A stretch of DNA of 60,754 bases, the filler included, from an uncultured bacterium (GTDB lineage Bacteria > DAOPZR01), in NCBI GenBank assembly GCA_964637655.1. It is 6 parts of 6 records of this genome, joined end to end, with 100 filler letters (N's around TTAATTAATTAA, not from the genome) between each part and the next. Parts side by side here need not be neighbours in the genome. Positions count along the whole stretch, not along the records: positions 50,777 to 60,754 come from CAZWUZ010000141.1; 5 more parts are not named here. The stretch is one strand, 5' to 3'. Shown in pieces: positions 54,765-60,754 of the stretch; position 1 is the first letter of the stretch; every line of letters begins with the position of its first letter. A program made the position numbers and the translations under genes. The notes beneath the pieces are model-generated. The model saw only the letters and a program-made list of their open reading frames with translations, searched no databases and was not told the origin of the DNA.

Positions 54765-55520
54765 ATGAACCGTACTCTTTACCGCCAGCTTGAGACGCTG
54801 CAGCGTCAGTTCGGCTGCAGTTCGCTGAAACTCTCCACCGAGGATGCGGGCAATTCCTTTGCCCAGGTCGCCTGCTACGCGCGCGCCTGCGGGCGGCGTC
54901 TGCCGCTCGAGGTGAAGATTGGCGGTCCCGAGGCGCGCAACGACCTGCAGCATCTCCTACCGCTCGCGGTAAGCGCCATCATCGTCCCCATGGTGGAATC
55001 GCCCTACGCGCTGGAGAAATTCATCGAGACGCTGCGCGCGGTGGCGGGAGCACGACGCTACCGGCACTTGCGCCGGCGGCTCAACCTCGAAACCGTCACT
55101 GCCGTGCGGCAGCTCCCGGCCATCATGCGCAGCCCCGCCTTCCGCGCCATCGATCAGGTCACCGTCGGGCGGCAGGACCTGTCGCGCTCGCTCGGCTGCC
55201 GCCCCGACGATGCCCGCGTCTGGCGCGTCACCCGCCGGCTGGTTGCAACCGTGCAGGCGCGCGGCGTCCCTGTTTCGGTCGGCGGCGGCATCACCCCGCT
55301 GCAGGCGGCAGAACTGATCGCCCGGGCCGCGCCCGCCTATATCAACACCCGCAGCGTCGCCTTCCGCGTGACGCGCCGCTTCGACCCGGTCGCCGCCGTG
55401 CGCGCGGCGCTCGCCTTCGAGGCGGACCTGCTCGACTATGACGCGGCGGCGGGTTTCATCACCCGCGCCGAGGCGCGCCGGCGCGGCGCGGTGCTGCGCG
55501 CCCGCGCGCAGGAGGCATAG
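54765..55520 (+). CDS. HpcH/HpaI aldolase/citrate lyase family protein
   Basis: K..TED.G, VKIGGPEARND, PMVESPYA, NLET, VGR.DL, VGGGI. Confidence 0.75.
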   Translation: MNRTLYRQLETLQRQFGCSSLKLSTEDAGNSFAQVACYARACGRRLPLEVKIGGPEARNDLQHLLPLAVSAIIVPMVESPYALEKFIETLRAVAGARRYRHLRRRLNLETVTAVRQLPAIMRSPAFRAIDQVTVGRQDLSRSLGCRPDDARVWRVTRRLVATVQARGVPVSVGGGITPLQAAELIARAAPAYINTRSVAFRVTRRFDPVAAVRAALAFEADLLDYDAAAGFITRAEARRRGAVLRARAQEA

Positions 55521-55521
55521 C

Positions 55522-57750
55522 ATGGCACGCACCCTGCTCCTCGTCGGTGCCGGGGTCATGCAGGTGCCGGCCATCCGCCTCGCGCGTGAACTGGGCCTGA
55601 CCACGGTCGTCACTGACTACAACGTCGACGCGGTCGGCATGCGCCTCGCCGATCACCCGCTGGTGATGAGCACGCGCGACATCGAGGGGACGGTGCGCGT
55701 GGCCAAACAGTTCGCCCGCCGCCACCGCATCGACGGGGTCATCACCGTCGGCACGGACGCCTCGATGACCGTGGCGGCGGTGGCGCAGGCGCTCGGCCTG
55801 CCCGGCATCACCTACGAAGCGGCGGAACGCGCCACCAACAAGCTGAAGATGCGCCGCCGCCTGCGCGAGGCGGGGGTCCCCTGTCCCGAGTTCCGCGCCG
55901 CCTGGACGCTGGCTGACGCGCGCGCCGCCTTCCGTGATCTCGGCTTCCCCGCGGTCATCAAGCCGGCGGACAACATGGGCGCACGCGGCGTGCAGAAGGT
56001 GAGCGGCACCGATGAAGTCGATGCCGCCTTCCGCCACGCCAAGTCCTGTTCGACCAGCGGCGAGGTCATCGTCGAACAGTTCATGGCCGGTCCCGAACTC
56101 TCCATCGACGCGCTTGTCTGGGAGGGCGAGCCCGTCCTCTGGGGCGTCGCCGACCGCATCATCGACCTCCCCCCCTATTTCATCGAACTGGGGCACACCC
56201 TGCCGTCAGTCCTGCCGGCGGCGCAGCAGGCGGAGGCCTGCCGCGTGATGGCGGACGCCATCCGCGCGCTGGGCATCACCACTGGCGCAGCCAAGGGTGA
56301 TATCAAGGTCACGCCCGGCGGCATCATGGTCGGCGAAGTTGCGGCCCGTCTCTCGGGCGGATTCATGTCGGGCTATACCTACCCGCTGGCCACGGGTATC
56401 AGCATCATCCACGGCGCGATCAGCATCGCCTTGGGCGACGACCCGCGCCCCTTCCCGGCACCCGCAACGCGCACAGCACTGGAGCGGGCCATCATCCCGG
56501 CGCCGGGGCACATCGTCAGCATCAGCGGCGTCGAGGAAGCCCGCCAGGTACCGGGGGTGCGGGAGATATTCCTTACCTGCCACGAGGGGATGACCTTACC
56601 GCCGCCGACCTGCAACCTCGACAAGGCGGGGCATATCATCACTGTCGGCAGCACCCGCGCCGAGGCCGAAACCGCCGCCGCGCAGGCGGCCCGGCAGGTG
56701 AAGATCACGGTAGGACCGGCTCCGGTCGATTCCCTGAAGGAGATCTACGCCCGCGCGCGACTGCTGCTCAACTCCTCCTGCCGCGCCTGCGAGCCGTGCG
56801 ACGGGGTCTGGTGCCGCGGCCTGATTCCCGGTATGGGAGGAGCGGGCGACAACCGCGCCTTCCGCGCCAACCTGCAGGCACTGGCCGCCTGGCAGCTGCG
56901 CAGCCGCGTCATCCACGGCGTGAAGGAACCTGCCACCGGCACGGAACTCTTCGGCTGCCGGCTGGAGCTGCCGGTCATCGCCGCGCCGGTGACGGGCGTC
57001 CAGACCAACATGGGCGGCGGGATGACCGAAGAGGCCTACGTGCGCGCAGTGCTGCGCGGCTGCCGCGCGGCGGGCACCCTCGCCTGCGTCGGCGACCGGG
57101 CCACGCCCGACAAGTACCGGCTCAACCTGCAGGCGCTGCAGGACGAGGGGGGCTCGGGCATCGCCATCTTCAAGCCGCTCTGCGACCGGGCGGCGCTGCT
57201 GCGCCGGCTGCGCGAGGCCGAACAGGCGGGCGCCACCGCGGTCGGCCTCGACCTCGACAGCGCCCCGCTGGCGACCATGCAGCATGCCGCCACGCGGGTG
57301 GAGCCGAAAAGCGCGGACCAGCTCGCCGAGTACATCCGCGCCACGCGCCTGCCGTTCATCCTCAAGGGTATCCTCAGCGTCGCGGATGCGCAGCGCGCTG
57401 TCGAACTGGGCGCCCGCGGCATCATGGTTTCCAACCACGGCGGGCGCGTGCTTGACGGGTTGCCGGGCGCCGCTGCCGTGCTGCCGGAAATCGCCGGCGC
57501 GGTGCGGGGCAGAATCACCATCATCCTCGACGGCGGCGTGCGCAGCGGCGAGGACGTTTTCCGCGGTCTCGCCCTTGGCGCCGACCTGGTCACCATCGGC
57601 CGCCCGCTCGCCATCTGCGCCATCGGGGCGGACGACATCGGCGTCGAGTTTCTGCTCCGCCACCTGCGCCGCGGCCTGCTGCACGCCATGCAGCTGACCG
57701 GCTGCGCCACGCTCGCCGCGATTACGCGCGACACACTTCGCCCGGCCTGA
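55522..57750 (+). CDS. Fusion of an ATP-grasp ligase and an FMN-dependent alpha-hydroxy acid dehydrogenase
   Basis: N-part GAG..Q, NK..MR, IKP.DN.GARGV, EQFM.GPE.S, EVAARLSGG; C-part CRAC..CDG..C, AAPV.G, LKGI, VSNHGGR.LD, DGGVRSG, IGRP; one continuous frame. Confidence 0.85.
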   Translation: MARTLLLVGAGVMQVPAIRLARELGLTTVVTDYNVDAVGMRLADHPLVMSTRDIEGTVRVAKQFARRHRIDGVITVGTDASMTVAAVAQALGLPGITYEAAERATNKLKMRRRLREAGVPCPEFRAAWTLADARAAFRDLGFPAVIKPADNMGARGVQKVSGTDEVDAAFRHAKSCSTSGEVIVEQFMAGPELSIDALVWEGEPVLWGVADRIIDLPPYFIELGHTLPSVLPAAQQAEACRVMADAIRALGITTGAAKGDIKVTPGGIMVGEVAARLSGGFMSGYTYPLATGISIIHGAISIALGDDPRPFPAPATRTALERAIIPAPGHIVSISGVEEARQVPGVREIFLTCHEGMTLPPPTCNLDKAGHIITVGSTRAEAETAAAQAARQVKITVGPAPVDSLKEIYARARLLLNSSCRACEPCDGVWCRGLIPGMGGAGDNRAFRANLQALAAWQLRSRVIHGVKEPATGTELFGCRLELPVIAAPVTGVQTNMGGGMTEEAYVRAVLRGCRAAGTLACVGDRATPDKYRLNLQALQDEGGSGIAIFKPLCDRAALLRRLREAEQAGATAVGLDLDSAPLATMQHAATRVEPKSADQLAEYIRATRLPFILKGILSVADAQRAVELGARGIMVSNHGGRVLDGLPGAAAVLPEIAGAVRGRITIILDGGVRSGEDVFRGLALGADLVTIGRPLAICAIGADDIGVEFLLRHLRRGLLHAMQLTGCATLAAITRDTLRPA

Positions 57751-57804
57751 CGCACCGGCACACGCGCTCCCCTTCCGGAACCTGCTCCGCTGCGGCGGTA
57801 TGGT

Positions 57805-58278
57805 TCAGGTCAGGCGGCTGCTGAGCTGCTGGTTGCGTTTCTTGAGGCGGTAGGAAAGCACCTTGGTAATGGCGAGGATGATCTTGTAGCAGAGCCGCAT
57901 GTTCTCCTTCTCCATCTCCTGGAAGGCACGGCGTGAAATGCGGTAGCAGACGCTGTCGACCAGCGCCTTGCAGGTGGCGGAGTGGAACTGCTCGACGAGG
58001 AACGCCATCTCGCCGAGGATGTTCCCCTTGCCGAGGCGGGCGATTTCGACCTGCCGCCCCGTCACCGGGTTGGTCTGGAAAATGCCGATCTGTCCGTCGG
58101 CGATGATGTAGAGGAAATCGCCCGAGGTACCCTCGGAGAAGATGATGGTCCCGGCGGTGAGGCGCACTTCCTCGGAGAGAATGGAAAAATCGCGAATCTC
58201 CTGCTGGGAGAGGTCCCCCATCAGTTCATCGAACGTCGGCAGCTTTTCCTGCAGGTCAGCGTCGATATTCCGCAGCAT
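57805..58278 (-). CDS. Stand-alone cyclic-nucleotide-binding domain protein
   Basis: IF.EG..GD.LYII..G, G.ILGEMA, SATC.A; no HTH. Confidence 0.85.
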   Translation of the reverse strand: MLRNIDADLQEKLPTFDELMGDLSQQEIRDFSILSEEVRLTAGTIIFSEGTSGDFLYIIADGQIGIFQTNPVTGRQVEIARLGKGNILGEMAFLVEQFHSATCKALVDSVCYRISRRAFQEMEKENMRLCYKIILAITKVLSYRLKKRNQQLSSRLT

Positions 58279-58284
58279 ACCCCG

Positions 58285-58464
58285 TCATTCCACCGGGCGT
58301 TTTCCCGCCGCCCTGAATTCCTCCACTGCCTTGCGCCACGTTTCGCGCCAGTCAAACTCCTCCTGCTGCCTGGCCAGCCGCAGCAGCCACCAGATCGCCG
58401 CCACCACGCTCAGCAGCAGCAGCGTGGCCGCCATCAGCACCGCGCCCAGCAGCAGTCCGCTCAA
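58285..58464 (-). CDS. Small single-pass membrane protein (59 aa, absent from the ORF track)
   Basis: TTG start overlapping the upstream TGA; MSGLLLGAVLMAATLLLSVVAAIWWLLRLARQQEEFDWRETWRKAVEEFRAAGKRPVE; fills the gap between two co-oriented genes. Confidence 0.7.
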   Translation of the reverse strand: MSGLLLGAVLMAATLLLLSVVAAIWWLLRLARQQEEFDWRETWRKAVEEFRAAGKRPVE

Positions 58465-58802
58465 TCGCGGAACATCATCGCCCAGAAAACGGCGAAAATC
58501 ACGGCAAAAACAATCAGGCCGACCAGCACCCAGTGCCCGATATTCATCGCCACGTAATCAACCCCGGTAAAACTGCCGAACATCGTATCAATGGTTGCCG
58601 TCAGGAAATTGGCCGTGCCCGACCAGCCGTTGACAATCACGTAGCGGATGCCGTCGCCGAAGGCATAGAACCGCCCCATGGCCCCGTCCACCCCGTCGCG
58701 GAACAACCACCAGATGAACGCCAGCACGAGCAGGCAGCCGATACCGAACACCACCCAGGCAATGCGTACCGCGGTCTCGCGCTTGAATTTCAGGAACGCC
58801 AT
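58461..58802 (-). CDS. Hypothetical membrane protein (2 TM)
   Basis: Two hydrophobic segments, GC3-rich codons, start adjacent to the upstream stop. Confidence 0.7.
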   Translation of the reverse strand: MAFLKFKRETAVRIAWVVFGIGCLLVLAFIWWLFRDGVDGAMGRFYAFGDGIRYVIVNGWSGTANFLTATIDTMFGSFTGVDYVAMNIGHWVLVGLIVFAVIFAVFWAMMFRD

Positions 58803-58803
58803 G

Positions 58804-59223
58804 TCATTTCTTCCGGTAGGTGATGGTCAGGACCATATCGGGCCGGCTCGGCTTGTGAAAATGCCGGAACGAGCGCCGGATATTCGGCTCGTGTGAGTAA
58901 TAGAGCGTCAGCTGCACCCGGTTGTCATCAAGTTCATCGACCTCGATCTCCTCCGAGGGAAACTTCAGTTGCGGCTGCGTCTCCTTCGCCTCCGTCCGGT
59001 TGGTCAGGCAGACCCCCGGCACAAATCCGGAGCCGATATTGATCGTGATCTCGCGCACGTCCTCGACAAAATAGGTGCGTTTCATATTCTGGTACGAATT
59101 CGATGAAATCTCGATGTTTTTCTGGACCAGCTGGCGCAGGATCGCCAGATTCCGGTTGCGCAGTTCCGCCACCGCTGTCAGCGGCGCCTTCCCCTCAAGC
59201 TGATGCTCACGCATTTTCTTCAT
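58804..59223 (-). CDS. Hypothetical protein
   Basis: Likely start MKKMREHQ at 59223; coding-like codon usage; upstream TTGCAT-17-TAATAT on the minus strand. Confidence 0.65.
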   Translation of the reverse strand: MKKMREHQLEGKAPLTAVAELRNRNLAILRQLVQKNIEISSNSYQNMKRTYFVEDVREITINIGSGFVPGVCLTNRTEAKETQPQLKFPSEEIEVDELDDNRVQLTLYYSHEPNIRRSFRHFHKPSRPDMVLTITYRKK

Positions 59224-59454
59224 TACCCTACCCCCCAATCCACACCACCCTATTATATTAGCACAAGAACGGAAAAAATGCAATATTTTCAGATGCATTG
59301 CAACATACAGCTGAAACATACAGTCACCACGGCAGCAGGTACCTGCACCGCCAAAAATGCAGCAACCTTTGCATAACAATCTCATGTATAGATCTATATG
59401 TAAATTGTAACGGGAACAGCACTATGTGTTTCGCTGTCGCTTTCACCGAAGCAC

Positions 59455-59486
59455 AAAAAACCCTGCCGCATAACTGACGGCAGGGT
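59455..59486 (-). terminator. Intrinsic terminator after the PorV-family gene
   Basis: ACCCTGCCG-loop-CGGCAGGGT hairpin followed by a T tract on the minus strand. Confidence 0.85.
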
Positions 59487-59493
59487 CTTCGGT

Positions 59494-60609
59494 TCAGTAA
59501 ACGGTCTGAATGGGTGGCGGTGGTGTATACATCGGGGCGGGCGCCCCGGCGTACTCGTAATACCCGCCCCGGCTGGCTCCGGGTGCTTCCGCTGCCGGTG
59601 GCGGTGCCACCGGACGTGACCGCGACGGCGGTGCCGGGGTTGCCGCCGGCTGCCGGCTGTTTGCCGGGGTCGGATGCAACTGCCCGAGCCCGATGTTGAG
59701 CGAAAGACGATGCACGTCACCCATATCGTCAACCGGCTGATAGGCATAGTCGACCGCAAAGGCGTCGATCTTGAACCCGGCCCCGCAGGTTATGCCATTA
59801 CCGGCATCGAACAGCGAATTGTAACCGAGCCGCAGGGCAAAGGCCTCGGTAACTGCATACTCGGCACCAAGCGCGCCGCCCCACCCGTCGTCAATCGACT
59901 TCTGCAGTTCAGCGCTCATCAGCACGGGGAAGTGCTCAACCCGGTAGGCCGCGCCACCGCGCCAGGTCAGCGGCAGCCGCTCGCGCCGGTTCTGGTAATG
60001 CAGTTTCGGCCCGAGGTTGGTCAGCGCCATACCAAACGTCACCTGGTCGTAACCCGCCGGCGTATACATCACGCCGGCATCGACCGCCCAGCCGCTGGCG
60101 CGCACGTTGTCCAGATTCTCGCGGATATACTTCAGCCCGAGCCCCCACGCCACTTCGTCGTTGTACTGGCGCCCGTACGCCACTTTCAGCGCCAGGTCGC
60201 TCGCATCGAAACTCCCGCCCGCCACCGGCGCATTGCCAGCCCCGATGGTGTAGCGCTGGAAGCTGCCGAGGTCGACATAGCTGAGGTCGAAACCGAGCGT
60301 CCCGTCGTAGAACCGCGGGTAGACAAACCCGAGATACTCATGGTTCACGTCTTCGAGATACTCGTTGTGCATGAACGTGAACTCGGCCTGCGGGGCCAGC
60401 GCCAGTCCGCCGGGATTGTAGTAGAGCGCGTTCACATCGGTAGCCAGCGCGGTGAACGCCCCCCCCATCGCCGTGGCGCGCGCCCCGGGTTCGAGTTTGA
60501 GGAAGGTCGCCCCCGCAGTTCCCGCGGATTCCGCCCACGCCGCTGTCACCAGCGCAGCGGCCAGCATCACCGCCAGCGTGATGGCTGGTAAACCGTCCCT
60601 GGTTTTCAT
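59494..60609 (-). CDS. PorV/PorQ family outer-membrane beta-barrel protein
   Basis: Signal peptide, FLKL.PGARA.AMGGAF.A.A.D..A.YYNPGGL, alternating beta strands, VDYAY, HRLSL; Pro/Ala-rich C-terminal tail. Confidence 0.85.
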   Translation of the reverse strand: MKTRDGLPAITLAVMLAAALVTAAWAESAGTAGATFLKLEPGARATAMGGAFTALATDVNALYYNPGGLALAPQAEFTFMHNEYLEDVNHEYLGFVYPRFYDGTLGFDLSYVDLGSFQRYTIGAGNAPVAGGSFDASDLALKVAYGRQYNDEVAWGLGLKYIRENLDNVRASGWAVDAGVMYTPAGYDQVTFGMALTNLGPKLHYQNRRERLPLTWRGGAAYRVEHFPVLMSAELQKSIDDGWGGALGAEYAVTEAFALRLGYNSLFDAGNGITCGAGFKIDAFAVDYAYQPVDDMGDVHRLSLNIGLGQLHPTPANSRQPAATPAPPSRSRPVAPPPAAEAPGASRGGYYEYAGAPAPMYTPPPPIQTVY

Positions 60610-60628
60610 GCCTCGCCTCCTGCCCATG

Positions 60629-60754
60629 CTACCGGATAATGACCAGTTTGACGACCTTGCGGCCGCTGTTGCCGTTGAAGATCACAAAGTAGACGCCGCT
60701 GGCGACATCTTCGCCGTCGCGGTTTTTCGCATCCCACCCGGCCGCAGTGTTCGC
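60629..60754 (-). CDS. C-terminus of a secreted protein with an FlgD-Ig / T9SS type A-like sorting domain (partial)
   Basis: ...WDAKNRDGEDVASGVYFVIFNGNSGRKVVKLVIIR*. Confidence 0.8.
   Translation of the reverse strand, partial: ANTAAGWDAKNRDGEDVASGVYFVIFNGNSGRKVVKLVIIR

Noticed and set aside
1-60754. CRISPR arrays, transposases, integrases or phage genes
   Set aside because: I saw no regularly spaced direct repeats and no such protein motifs, including next to the tRNAs.

Overview
The window joins six ~10 kb contigs with artificial N/TTAATTAATTAA spacers, so adjacency across spacers is meaningless. The source is a high-GC bacterium, probably diderm (lnt and a PorV-family gene are present). 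Contig 1: mnmG(3')-rsmG-parS/DnaA-box region-parA-parB-HD-GYP-lnt-two CNNM genes-cysK, then a ~1.14 kb non-coding element. Contig 2: a PAS/histidine kinase/response regulator cluster. Contig 3: three tRNAs, recR, a second ~1.17 kb non-coding element, arcC-thrC-argF, a formyltransferase, and dnaA-oriC-dnaN. Contig 4: infB-DUF503-rbfA-nrnA-truB-ribF-rpsO-pnp-M16 peptidase-uppP-lipoprotein-rlmN. Contig 5: a variant pseudaminic acid locus. Contig 6: radical SAM/aminotransferase/GT2, nfo, tRNA-Leu, an aldolase plus an ATP-grasp/FMN-dehydrogenase fusion, small genes, and PorV with a CTD-bearing gene. The standout is a pair of diverged, collinear, ORF-free elements at 8690-9833 and 21612-22778. Each starts just after a TATAAT and is closed by a ~35-bp terminal helix whose outer part differs in sequence between copies yet still pairs. 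Both carry a boxA-like motif and GNRA hairpins with compensatory changes. They look like two members of a very large structured ncRNA family that I cannot assign to a known class. All calls are by eye; no searches or folding programs were run.
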